Assembly (NCBI GenBank): GCA_963674945.2
Contig: CAXXWQ010000003.1
Span: 832,001-896,000 of the forward strand
Direction: 5' to 3'
DNA: 64,000 nt
Source of the DNA: an uncultured Desulfosarcina sp.
GTDB taxonomy: Bacteria > Desulfobacterota > Desulfobacteria > Desulfobacterales > Desulfosarcinaceae
Shown: in pieces, positions 50,769 to 59,806 of the stretch
Layout of the letters: every line of letters starts with the position of its first letter
How positions within the stretch are numbered: the stretch's first letter is position 1
Made by a program: the position numbers and the translations under genes
The notes under the pieces: model-generated
What the model saw: only the letters and a program-made list of their open reading frames with translations
Databases searched by the model: none
Told to the model about the DNA's origin: nothing

Positions 50769-50792
50769 TTTTGCCAGATGATAAAAAAATAG

Positions 50793-51575
50793 TTACACGA
50801 ATAAGACACACAGTACGTCTCTTCGACAGTTGGACCTCTCCATCCCATCCAAATCGAGGGCTTTCTTTATTGACTCCTTGAGACGGTCATACTCAGCCTT
50901 GATCTTGTCGCGCTCCGGACCAGCCTTTGAATGGGCCAGAATTTCCTCCAGGTTCTCCAGATAATCAGCTTTCGAAATACGAAATTTACTGGCACATCGA
51001 CAAGGTTTTTCACTCCCACAGGCAGAGCAAATTGTATTGTATTTTTGAAGATAATCCGACTTGCTCAACCCGGTGAAAGACAATGACTTGATCATCCCCT
51101 TGGACTGAATGGCAAGGCGCTGCTTAAAGACTGACATGTCCATCTCGGTCATCCCACCGAACAACTTTTGGCCGATCTTGTCGTAATTCGCCATGAAGGC
51201 CGCTTTCGCATCTTCCTTGGAATCGAAACAAAGAAAAACCTTATCCTCGTCGAACTTCCCATTGTCAGCCCGGTTCATGTGGACCACGAAAACTCTCTCA
51301 GAACCCCGTGACGGCCCGATAAAGCAATCGATATGATCATCGTCGGCACCCTTTCGCCGAACCTCATCAGAAAGACGGATATACCCGTAAGCATGCTTCA
51401 TTTTGGTTCGCCACTCGTGGCCATCCTTATCGACACCTTTGCGGACAGATCCCTTGCGATTCTCGATCGAAATATTCAGTCCTTGAAAATCCGTCCGCCC
51501 TTGGAGCTTATAGGCTTTTTTTTCAAGATCGATGATCAATTTTGTCATTGCGGGTCCCTCTCTATTTATACTCAT
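50793..51575 (-). CDS. InPase (inorganic-pyrophosphatase-like, polyvalent-protein type) domain protein; start may be 51548
   Basis: GLNISIENRKGSVRKGVD.DG.EW...M...YGYI, GADDDHID.FIGP, FDEDKV...F.S...A..A...NY. Confidence 0.78.
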   Translation of the reverse strand: MSINREGPAMTKLIIDLEKKAYKLQGRTDFQGLNISIENRKGSVRKGVDKDGHEWRTKMKHAYGYIRLSDEVRRKGADDDHIDCFIGPSRGSERVFVVHMNRADNGKFDEDKVFLCFDSKEDAKAAFMANYDKIGQKLFGGMTEMDMSVFKQRLAIQSKGMIKSLSFTGLSKSDYLQKYNTICSACGSEKPCRCASKFRISKADYLENLEEILAHSKAGPERDKIKAEYDRLKESIKKALDLDGMERSNCRRDVLCVLFV

Positions 51576-51576
51576 T

Positions 51577-51588
51577 GTAATTAATTAC
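51577..51588 (-). promoter_or_regulatory. GTAATTAATTAC palindrome, copy 8
   Basis: Exact copy, one base from ATG at 51575. Confidence 0.75.
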
Positions 51589-51649
51589 TTTAACATGAAA
51601 CAATGTTATTCCGCAATAATTTTTAAAATCTGAAGTCATATTTTGCCCC

Positions 51650-51677
51650 TTGACAATAGTACCAATATTGATACTAT
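51650..51677 (+). promoter_or_regulatory. Sigma-70 promoter with overlapping operator palindrome for hicAB
   Basis: TTGACA-N16-TACTAT; near-perfect inverted repeat ATAGTACCAATATTGATACTAT at 51656-51677; ATG 5 nt downstream. Confidence 0.7.
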
Positions 51678-51682
51678 AAGCC

Positions 51683-51943
51683 ATGGTAAAAATCGATGAC
51701 CTACTATTGATATTGAAGCGAAATCCGAAGGATATCCGATTTTCAGATTTGTGCAAAGTATGTGACCATTTTTTTGGAGAGGCGCGACAGAAAAAAAGCA
51801 GTCATCGAATTTACAAGACACCTTGGCAAGGCGATCCAAGGGTAAATATCCAAAATGAAAAAGGAAAGGCCAAAGCATATCAAGTAAAGCAGGTGCTTTT
51901 GGCTATCGAGAAATTGGAGGTAAGCCATGGCCAAAAAAAATGA
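51683..51943 (+). CDS. hicA: HicA-like toxin
   Basis: NPKDIRFSDL.KVC..FFG...SSH.IYKTPW.GDPRVNIQ...GKAKAYQVKQV. Confidence 0.8.
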   Translation: MVKIDDLLLILKRNPKDIRFSDLCKVCDHFFGEARQKKSSHRIYKTPWQGDPRVNIQNEKGKAKAYQVKQVLLAIEKLEVSHGQKK

Positions 51944-52259
51944 TAAATATACATACAGGGTTACCTGGTCTGAAGATGATACAGAGTATGTGGGCCTATG
52001 TGCTGAGTTTCCCAGCTTGAGTTGGCTGGCCGATACACCTGAAAAAGCCTTAAAAGGCATCCGAAATCTTGTAGCAGAGGTGTTATTAGACATGACCCAA
52101 ACCAGCGAACCAATTCCCAAACCAATAGCAAGTAAACATTTTAGCGGGAAATTTATGGTCCGGATACCTCCAGAGGTGCATAGAAAATTAGCCATACAAG
52201 CTGCTGAATCCGGCATAAGTCTCAATCGTATTATCAGCTCCAAATTGAGCCAGATGTGA
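51927..52259 (+). CDS. hicB: HicB-family antitoxin with RHH domain
   Basis: YVGLCAEFPSLSWLA.TPE.AL; FSGKFMVRIPPEVHRKLAIQAAE.GISLN. Confidence 0.88.
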   Translation: MAKKNDKYTYRVTWSEDDTEYVGLCAEFPSLSWLADTPEKALKGIRNLVAEVLLDMTQTSEPIPKPIASKHFSGKFMVRIPPEVHRKLAIQAAESGISLNRIISSKLSQM

Positions 52260-52287
52260 TAATCCCGGTTTTCAAAACCAAGAAAAA

Positions 52288-53304
52288 TCACACCCGGCTG
52301 TACATAAATGACTCAACGACGAAATGTGGATATCTCTCCTTGTATGATTTATGGTCGCTATTCACCGTCGTACCTGCGTTATAATAGGGAATTCCCTCAT
52401 CCAAAAACTTTTTGAGATACCAAAGATCCGTCGCTCCCATTAACCGGTTGAACTTCGGGTCCCAAATATTGCCGAACATCGCCAGGCCGTAGCTTTTCCC
52501 TTTTTCAACCGACATGACATTGACGCCGACGATCTCCCCCTCGAATCGAAATGCCAATCCTTCATAGCGCACACCCGGCAACCCCTCTACCATCCCCTTG
52601 GCGGCCTTTTCCGCACAGCGGAGATATCTCCGCCGGGGGAACATGATCTGAAAGGTTCTCTCATCCTGCAGTTTATACTCAACCCACCTGTCATGCAGGA
52701 CCCGGCAATCACCCAAGTTATCCACCGACACCGGCTCGACGATGAACCCGTTATTCCGGATATACGTCAACGGATGCCGGATCTTGTTTTTCCTCTTTTT
52801 CGTATTCGGATAGGATGCCGGATCGAACACCGCCCCGATATTGTATGCAATCTCCTTGAACTTCGACTGTTTTGGTAACCCCGGGATCACACTGAGCGAA
52901 TAAACCACTCCCATTGTTTGAAGCATCTGGAGGGTGGCAAAATCCTCGTGAACATATTCATAGACAAAAGTTTTCCAGCCGCCGGTTCTCGAAGGCATGA
53001 CCAGTACCCTGCCCCGATACAGAAAGGCCCGACCATCTTTGACGTACTCGCCGAGATAGAAATAGGCGTCCAGACATCCAATGGAAAAATTATGAATTCC
53101 CCGGTTGTCGAGACCTTCCATCTCCCCGATATCCACAGCCTCTGATCGGAGAGACAGAACCTTGTCCACTTCCAGCTCTTTGGCCTGCTCTTGTTTTTTC
53201 CGTAAGCTGGCAAGAAACTGTTTGGCCATCTGAGGACATTTCTTTTTCAATCCCCCATAGTAAGCTGCCTGTTGATCGTTTAGAGCTATCCCGCTAACTT
53301 GCAT
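52288..53304 (-). CDS. Hypothetical protein, possible GNAT/Fem-like (DUF2156-like) transferase fold
   Basis: KKRKNKIR, GLAFRFEGEIVG, YYNAG.....K.YK..Y.P weakly match aminoacyl-tRNA-dependent GNAT proteins. Confidence 0.4.
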   Translation of the reverse strand: MQVSGIALNDQQAAYYGGLKKKCPQMAKQFLASLRKKQEQAKELEVDKVLSLRSEAVDIGEMEGLDNRGIHNFSIGCLDAYFYLGEYVKDGRAFLYRGRVLVMPSRTGGWKTFVYEYVHEDFATLQMLQTMGVVYSLSVIPGLPKQSKFKEIAYNIGAVFDPASYPNTKKRKNKIRHPLTYIRNNGFIVEPVSVDNLGDCRVLHDRWVEYKLQDERTFQIMFPRRRYLRCAEKAAKGMVEGLPGVRYEGLAFRFEGEIVGVNVMSVEKGKSYGLAMFGNIWDPKFNRLMGATDLWYLKKFLDEGIPYYNAGTTVNSDHKSYKERYPHFVVESFMYSRV

Positions 53305-53318
53305 AATCTGCCTTTCGG

Positions 53319-53672
53319 TTATTCAGTTGGCTCAACAGGCGGTGTCTCGACGGTCACCGGAAAAGTTCCCCAAAAAATCCCATCCGGATGATCCCAGGAA
53401 AAAACATCCACCCTGGCGTCATAAAGCCCTGGATCTGGTGTCGGATCGTTTTTACCAAGAAGCATGATGACCTTTCCAGTCGGCCCGGATTCCAAGACAG
53501 ACCATTTAATCGGCCAATCGTTGTATGTCTCACCTTCAATCACGATATCCCCGATAGTGATCCGGATCTTGTTTACCGATTCCAATTCTTGAGCCACCAA
53601 ATCCCCGTCATCGTTTTCCGCTTTAAGGATCACATCGATGGTATTGTCTCGCCCAGGGTAGATATATTCCAT
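53319..53672 (-). CDS. Ig-like structural protein (BppU-N-like)
   Basis: 117 aa beta-rich, TGKV...L, PGLY.A.V.V; follows fibre genes. Confidence 0.45.
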   Translation of the reverse strand: MEYIYPGRDNTIDVILKAENDDGDLVAQELESVNKIRITIGDIVIEGETYNDWPIKWSVLESGPTGKVIMLLGKNDPTPDPGLYDARVDVFSWDHPDGIFWGTFPVTVETPPVEPTE

Positions 53673-53687
53673 GCCACACCTCTCAAT

Positions 53688-53699
53688 GTAATTTATTAC
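53688..53699 (-). promoter_or_regulatory. GTAATTAATTAC palindrome, copy 9 (one mismatch)
   Basis: GTAATTTATTAC, upstream of start at 53672. Confidence 0.6.
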
Positions 53700-53731
53700 A
53701 TTGTCATCAACACAATTTTTTTTGATTGAGA

Positions 53732-54526
53732 TTATGTCAAAGTGATTGTCAACGCTTCCGCTTGAAAGCGAACTACATCTCCGGAACCCGCCGTTTCGTC
53801 AGCGATATTGTAATACATGATCATGTTCCCGGCCGTCAGCGCATCACAGATCGCCATATAGGCAAGCGTCCAGTCACCGGTTGGTGACGCAAACAGTATG
53901 ATATCGGCATTATTAACCACCCCGGCCGAGGCCAAATTCCATACCGGACTTGAACCGCCATTCGGATTGACCTGCACCCGGGCATAGTCATTGCTCGGCT
54001 CCCCGGCAATCTCTGTCGTTTCATCCGTCAGGGCGACCGAGCACAATGCGACGTATGTATCCGGCTTTCCGGTGCCGGTTGTAATATTCCTGAAAAACCG
54101 GCTAAGCAGATGATGAGCCCAGGTATTTGAAATGGCGCCAGCGGAGAATTGAATGATAATCTCCCCTGCAATGACCAACGGTACTCGACCGACTGCACAA
54201 TCTTTACCCGTAATGAAATCTCCCGTAGCCAGGCAATTACCGCCAGTCAGTGCATCAAAGATTGCCCAGTTGGTCATTGTACCCCACCCAGTCGTTGCCA
54301 CTGGACCGAATTGGACATCAGCGGCCTGAACAACCTGGCGGGAAGCAGCCGCATTGAATGTGATCGGCCGCCGGGCATAACCGTTACCGGAAGGTTCCCC
54401 CGATAATCCAGTGTCATCCACACTGGTTCCAAGGGCCAGATAGACCGTTGCCACTGGTGTTTTTTCCTCATTGCAAATATGATCCAGAAATAAATTTTCT
54501 GCATAATCAGAGATCGATCCAGGCAT
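53732..54526 (-). CDS. Virion fibre-associated protein with internal two-domain duplication
   Basis: ISDYAEN..YLAL..GEPSGNGYAR..AIFDALTGGN repeated as ISNTWAH..YVAL..GEPSNDYAR..AICDALTAGN. Confidence 0.6.
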   Translation of the reverse strand: MPGSISDYAENLFLDHICNEEKTPVATVYLALGTSVDDTGLSGEPSGNGYARRPITFNAAASRQVVQAADVQFGPVATTGWGTMTNWAIFDALTGGNCLATGDFITGKDCAVGRVPLVIAGEIIIQFSAGAISNTWAHHLLSRFFRNITTGTGKPDTYVALCSVALTDETTEIAGEPSNDYARVQVNPNGGSSPVWNLASAGVVNNADIILFASPTGDWTLAYMAICDALTAGNMIMYYNIADETAGSGDVVRFQAEALTITLT

Positions 54527-54537
54527 TTTGCCACCTC

Positions 54538-56814
54538 CTAAATGTTACTTTGAACAACTCGTTTTGGCGTTACGGAAACGATCTTCAATTCCGGCGTCAC
54601 AGAAACGATCGCATATTCTTTTGTGACGCATTGAATCTTCGAATCGATAACATCCCCCAAAATCGTTAAGAGGAATAACGAATTATCAGTTGAAGTTTGA
54701 ATTACCGGAGATGCCTGAAGATTCCTTTCAACCATCAGAAAAACTTCAGGCGTCAACGTCCTCGGCGCCGGGTTAGCGACAATGTTTCGAATGATATTCA
54801 TCTCAGCCGACGGAGTATATGTCACAGGTTGAATATTGGCTAAGAGATCCCACAGAAATTTTAATTGAGCATCCAGCGTCCTGGTATTGATCGAAACATT
54901 CGATTCCAGGTTAATGGGAAACAAAAGCCTGGCATCCGGCGTTATTGTCTGAATCTGAATTGACCCACCCAAGTCATATGGAATAGAAAGATTACTATTT
55001 GGCGTAACCGTACCGATTTGAATCGGAGACGATAAATTCCAAAGAAACCGCAACGAAGAATCTGGAATAACCGTAACGAGATTGGGGGTGGCAATCAAAT
55101 CATAAGTAGTGCTACTACCTGGATCAGTCGCACTGTATGTAAGAAGAGAATCATTCAACACATGGAACATTGCCCGAATCCACGCGGGCGAACGAATAGA
55201 TTTCGACACACGCACAAGGCCAATTTTACCGTCAAAATTTGAGCCATTTGTAGATGCTCTCAAACGACCAATTGATATATCAGCAATTGAAGATGGCGAT
55301 TCGTCACCAATCCCACTTATCCAAGATCCAGAAACATAAGTACCATTTTTATAGATTTTGGTTGACGCTTCATCACCAAAATTATGACAAACAACAAAGT
55401 ATGAATATACACCAGTTTCAAGTAGATCAGAACCGGATTCAAAATTGCCAGCTTCTCCCGAATCATCCCGGTTATCGTATCCAAACCAAAATCTTTCGTT
55501 CCCATTCCATGGTTCGGAATCATATCCGGCACGTAAAATAAAACGGGCCTGATTAGTTTCATTCCGTTTTGAAATAAATGTATCGCTATCAGAAATGGTA
55601 TCTAACGATAAAAATAATTCTATCGTCAAATTTTCAGAATTAAAATCTGTATGGTGTGGAATTATAACAGCGTCATCATTTCCATCAAGATTGAGCGCCT
55701 TTCCAAAGCCGCCGGCAACCAAATCCTCACTTGTCATCGACCCAGTTGGCGTGCCGTGGTTTTCGTGGCTGGTCGAATCGAGAATACAATCGGTGCCGCC
55801 GCTGGGATCTTGTGCCATATTGTAAACTGCAACAAAGCTTTCATCATATACGCTTTGTGCCTCCACATCCCCGGTTAATCCGACATAACCAGCTCCAATA
55901 TAAGAGATGCCATCACAAGAATTAATTTGAAAATCATCGGCATAGACTTGCAATTTTGTATAAGGATCTTGCCACAGTAATTTTATGATAACGTCTTCAT
56001 TATTGCTATACGCAAGAGTAAGTCCATTGATATCTCCATTCCATTCCCAGCGGCCAACAGAGTCATAATAATAGCATTTCAGCACCCCACTTGTCCGAAC
56101 CATACGAATATGAGAATCATCTACCCCCCGTTTGCATGATGTACCTTCTTCATCGATTCCCCCCGCACTATAACGAGCGTCTTTGTAATAAGGAGCAATA
56201 TGCCCGATAGTAGCATCGTCGGAAGCTTGACTCACAAACATACGAGGGAAAAGATGTACTGAGGAAGAAGGAGACGAATACTGGAAAACATCAAAAAACA
56301 ATTGAACATCGAAATCACCAGATAAAATAAATTTCCCAGTCAGACGGACTTGACATAAATAATCGGTATTCAAACACCAAAAAGCAAGTTGGTTATCAGA
56401 AATAAAAAGATAATCCTCGCCGGATAAAACCTCTTTTTCCCATAGATCCGGATTCGGATCATCCCCATCAGTCCCAGAAAAATCATCGTAAATAGTAGGA
56501 GATGTAATTTCTACAGGATCGGAATAACCTATATCATTTCGTGTTTCAGTGATTTCTATCTTGATAACCGTATTAATCGATGCCAGAACAGTTGAAACTT
56601 TAACCCATAAAACAGCCTTTTCGTTTGCGATATCCCAGGTGACGACTTCGACATAACATTCAACATCATTGACCGTGGCATGCAAATATCGCCAATCATC
56701 AGTACCCAATCCAGACATAAAACCGGTTACCGCACTGATTTTGATACCAACCGCAAAATTTGATTGATCCTCATCGATCTTGTTGTGATCGATAGTGTAA
56801 TAGGCAACGGCCAT
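54538..56814 (-). CDS. Fibre/adhesin-like protein with LamG (ConA-like) domain and C-terminal 21-aa repeats
   Basis: DST...NHGT, GKALNLDGNDD, LTIE, IYKNG, ISIGR..FDGKIGLVRVS..IRS..WI LamG pattern. Confidence 0.7.
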   Translation of the reverse strand: MAVAYYTIDHNKIDEDQSNFAVGIKISAVTGFMSGLGTDDWRYLHATVNDVECYVEVVTWDIANEKAVLWVKVSTVLASINTVIKIEITETRNDIGYSDPVEITSPTIYDDFSGTDGDDPNPDLWEKEVLSGEDYLFISDNQLAFWCLNTDYLCQVRLTGKFILSGDFDVQLFFDVFQYSSPSSSVHLFPRMFVSQASDDATIGHIAPYYKDARYSAGGIDEEGTSCKRGVDDSHIRMVRTSGVLKCYYYDSVGRWEWNGDINGLTLAYSNNEDVIIKLLWQDPYTKLQVYADDFQINSCDGISYIGAGYVGLTGDVEAQSVYDESFVAVYNMAQDPSGGTDCILDSTSHENHGTPTGSMTSEDLVAGGFGKALNLDGNDDAVIIPHHTDFNSENLTIELFLSLDTISDSDTFISKRNETNQARFILRAGYDSEPWNGNERFWFGYDNRDDSGEAGNFESGSDLLETGVYSYFVVCHNFGDEASTKIYKNGTYVSGSWISGIGDESPSSIADISIGRLRASTNGSNFDGKIGLVRVSKSIRSPAWIRAMFHVLNDSLLTYSATDPGSSTTYDLIATPNLVTVIPDSSLRFLWNLSSPIQIGTVTPNSNLSIPYDLGGSIQIQTITPDARLLFPINLESNVSINTRTLDAQLKFLWDLLANIQPVTYTPSAEMNIIRNIVANPAPRTLTPEVFLMVERNLQASPVIQTSTDNSLFLLTILGDVIDSKIQCVTKEYAIVSVTPELKIVSVTPKRVVQSNI

Positions 56815-56837
56815 TTTTCTTCCTCGACTTCGAAATC

Positions 56838-56878
56838 AAATAAAAAGAACCCCGGAGCCTATTGGTACGGCCCCGGGG
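56838..56878 (-). terminator. Rho-independent terminator
   Basis: Minus strand CCCCGGGGCC-loop-GGCTCCGGGG then TTCTTTTTATTT. Confidence 0.7.
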
Positions 56879-56931
56879 CATTCCCAAGGTAGCGAAAAGG
56901 GACGAACACACAGCCCCGGCGGTGGGAACTA

Positions 56932-57471
56932 TCAAATAAATATCCGGATGAAATCTTGCGGTAAATAACTCAAGACCAAAAATGGCATCAATACCTTCCG
57001 TTGAGCGGCAAAATGTCGGGATATCATGCCGAAATCATAATCCGTCAATTTGACCAATTGAATCTCTGGAATATCAATCAACTTGAAATCCTCAAGAATA
57101 ACGAACAAGGCTTGCACCTCGGGAGGAAGCGCATTGTATTCTTTTGTAATGAAAATGACAAAATCCGCATAAGTGATCCCGCTGATTTGAACATCTTTAA
57201 GGATAATTTCCATTCGATCGATGAACGCCAACGCCTGCGATACCGTATACGTTTTTGAAGCAACACCTGCCAAATTTGCAATTTTCAACACACCGGATAC
57301 TGCCTCGGGCGTGACATTGACTTTCTCTGAAATCTGACAAATCACGGATGTTTGGCCATCCGGAATCTTGGCGCACACGGATTCGTTGCTTGCAAAGTTT
57401 GTGGCACAGGCACACACGAGTAAAAAAACAACCGACATGAAAAGCAAACCAACTCGTTTTGTATTAAACAT
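56932..57471 (-). CDS. Putative lipoprotein
   Basis: GGAGG RBS; MFNTKRVGLLFMSVVFLLVCAC lipobox-like signal. Confidence 0.55.
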   Translation of the reverse strand: MFNTKRVGLLFMSVVFLLVCACATNFASNESVCAKIPDGQTSVICQISEKVNVTPEAVSGVLKIANLAGVASKTYTVSQALAFIDRMEIILKDVQISGITYADFVIFITKEYNALPPEVQALFVILEDFKLIDIPEIQLVKLTDYDFGMISRHFAAQRKVLMPFLVLSYLPQDFIRIFI

Positions 57472-58420
57472 GATCATTCCTCCTGAATTCATTAATATAG
57501 TTTTCGAAATCCCATTTTTTGAAAAACTGAGCTGCCGCCATGGCGCCAGAGTCATACAGACGGTCCCGCGTGGCATTGTCCATCCCGAAATTGACAAAGG
57601 AATTACCCATAGTATCGATATGGATTGTCCGGACTCTCTCAGACGCTTCCATGGCCCGGGCGTCGTGAGCATCAAGCATCGTATTGACAAGAGCCATGCA
57701 CAGATCTATCGGACCACTGATTTTTGAATAATGATCAATTGGAAGCCCCTGACGAAAATCTTCCAACTTGAAACCGAACGTCGGCCACCTGGGAGGAAGA
57801 TTGTCCTTCCTATCGAATAACCAGACGGGATAATTGGAAAGCACACCACCATCGACGATATGACAAGGACCTTGAGAGTGATGCAAACAAACTGTCTCAA
57901 AAAAGACCGGTACCGACATGGACATTCTTACAGCCAATGCGATTTCAAACGCATCTGGATCAATACCGTATTCGGCTATGTCACCGGGAAATATCAGCAT
58001 CTTCCGGCGGGAAATATCCGTTGCGATCATCTGCAAGGGATAACCACCATCTTCACGCTTGATGAGATCCCCGAACGTCCGCGCCCTGCTCGGTGAACGT
58101 TCCAGGTGCCCCCGCATCCAATTAAGAAAGTAATCCCCTTCATAAAAACCATTCTCGAAAAGAATTGACAAAACGGGGCCAAGCACCGGAATCCTGTCGA
58201 TCGCCCCTTTGTCACAGAATTTCTGATAATTGGTATTGGAGACGATATCGGAAATTGTATTGGCATCATATCCGCCGGCGATCAGTGCGGCCACGATCGA
58301 TCCCGCCGATGTTCCTGCCACGCGATTGAACTCGTATCCCATGGCTTCAGTAACCGCGACAGCGCCACACAAACCGACACCGTTTACCCCACCCCCTTCG
58401 AACACAGCATCACATTTCAT
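57464..58420 (-). CDS. Patatin-like phospholipase
   Basis: EGGGVNG, GTSAG (catalytic Ser), VDGG (catalytic Asp). Confidence 0.92.
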   Translation of the reverse strand: MKCDAVFEGGGVNGVGLCGAVAVTEAMGYEFNRVAGTSAGSIVAALIAGGYDANTISDIVSNTNYQKFCDKGAIDRIPVLGPVLSILFENGFYEGDYFLNWMRGHLERSPSRARTFGDLIKREDGGYPLQMIATDISRRKMLIFPGDIAEYGIDPDAFEIALAVRMSMSVPVFFETVCLHHSQGPCHIVDGGVLSNYPVWLFDRKDNLPPRWPTFGFKLEDFRQGLPIDHYSKISGPIDLCMALVNTMLDAHDARAMEASERVRTIHIDTMGNSFVNFGMDNATRDRLYDSGAMAAAQFFKKWDFENYINEFRRNDHV

Positions 58421-58495
58421 CCATTACCCCCGTATTTTACTCATTTCCATCAGAGAAAAACGTATCGATGAAACAATGACCGAAGACTTTTTTAA

Positions 58496-58879
58496 CTACT
58501 CGACGGAACCCCTTATCTTCACGATCGACGGGTTCCCCACTTGGAAAGGGACGGTCCAGTTCCCCCCTGAGAACACGATGCCAAATTCCTCCCCGTCACT
58601 GAATTCCAAATCATAAATGGGCAGCTTGGCCCCGATACTCACGTAATAGATTCCATCCGGTAGGTCTGAAATTGTTGCAATCCGGGCGGTTGCATCGACG
58701 GTTACTGCCGGATCACCCAGTTCGGCGCCATCCGGCCTGGCATAGATGTAGAATTCACTCACCTTACCCTGATCAGCTACCGAAAATTCCCACTCGACAA
58801 TGATTGAATTGGCAGCCATGGCACCGGCAGCCATGACCATTGCGACAATTAAAACGACAAAAAAAATGAGTCTTTTCAT
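58496..58879 (-). CDS. Exported fibronectin-type-III-like protein
   Basis: Signal peptide ending AMA; V.W...F.IY...ATISDL.DG.YY.SI.A. Confidence 0.6.
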   Translation of the reverse strand: MKRLIFFVVLIVAMVMAAGAMAANSIIVEWEFSVADQGKVSEFYIYARPDGAELGDPAVTVDATARIATISDLPDGIYYVSIGAKLPIYDLEFSDGEEFGIVFSGGNWTVPFQVGNPSIVKIRGSVE

Positions 58880-58881
58880 GA

Positions 58882-59268
58882 TTAGTTTTCTCCTTTGATT
58901 CTTTTAATTCCTGGTACTGTGATTGAATATTCTTTATTTAATTCTGACGTTCCGATTAATGTCACTTCCTCTGAATCCGCGCTTTCCAGATCACCCTCGA
59001 AAGCACGAACGACAAAATAATAGGTTGTATCTTCCTCTACTGCCGGCAGAAATATTTCTGCCATGGTGCCGGCTCCGCTCCATGCCGGTTTCTGATAATC
59101 GAACTCTTGACCCTCAACTCGAACGAAAACCCGATATCCATCAGGCGCTGGCTCATTCGCATCCCAAGTTAATCTGACACCGATACCTGTAACTGTGATG
59201 GTTGTGGCGGAAACCATTGCCGGTAAAAGCAAAATGAAAATGAAGACAAAGAAGAAACGCTTCTTCAT
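58882..59268 (-). CDS. Exported fibronectin-type-III-like protein
   Basis: Signal peptide ending VSA; VRLTWDAN...DGYRVF...TYYFVVRAF...ESADSEEV. Confidence 0.75.
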   Translation of the reverse strand: MKKRFFFVFIFILLLPAMVSATTITVTGIGVRLTWDANEPAPDGYRVFVRVEGQEFDYQKPAWSGAGTMAEIFLPAVEEDTTYYFVVRAFEGDLESADSEEVTLIGTSELNKEYSITVPGIKRIKGEN

Positions 59269-59762
59269 TTCACGCCTTTCAGCGCCCGGTTAATCCATCC
59301 AAGCAAATACTTTTTCTGACTTGGTTTCCGGTTACAGATTGAGGCATAGTACTTAACCTTGGCCACAAAAAAAGCATTGAAGAAAAACTTCGGATTTTCG
59401 AACTCAAATTCGGTATTCAACACGCCAAGGGTTTTGACACCCATGATTCCATCCGGATAAGTGCCGGCTGCCTTTTGAGTCATCCGGATCGCCGTATAGA
59501 CACCCATGTTTACCGCCGTATCGAAAATCACCTCGGCGATATCCTGCCGCTCAACATCATCACCTCGAATCGGATCCCAGTAATTAGCTCGATAAATCTC
59601 CTTGGCTCGATCCTCAGTAAGATTCGCAATATCCTCTTTTGGGTGGGCGGCCTTGCTGATTCCGAATTTGGTTTCCCCGCCAGGATCCTCCGGATCATTG
59701 GTATAAGTGCTACCGCCTTCCCTTTCCAAAATTTTACTGACTGCTAATTCAAAATTCGCCAT
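59265..59762 (-). CDS. Glycoside hydrolase family 108 endolysin with PG-binding C-terminus
   Basis: EGG..NDPEDPGGETKFGIS, YW, FDTAVNMG, DGIMG.KT, YLLGWINRA. Confidence 0.9.
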   Translation of the reverse strand: MANFELAVSKILEREGGSTYTNDPEDPGGETKFGISKAAHPKEDIANLTEDRAKEIYRANYWDPIRGDDVERQDIAEVIFDTAVNMGVYTAIRMTQKAAGTYPDGIMGVKTLGVLNTEFEFENPKFFFNAFFVAKVKYYASICNRKPSQKKYLLGWINRALKGVK

Positions 59763-59763
59763 T

Positions 59764-59775
59764 GTAATTAATTAC
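59764..59775 (-). promoter_or_regulatory. GTAATTAATTAC palindrome, copy 10
   Basis: Exact copy, one base from endolysin ATG; no RBS. Confidence 0.75.
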
Positions 59776-59806
59776 TTTTATTTGAAGATAATTTTTTTTG
59801 AACCGA

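Noticed and set aside
57464..58420. Patatin as a CBASS CapV effector
   Set aside because: No CD-NTase or other CBASS gene nearby; it sits in the endolysin unit.
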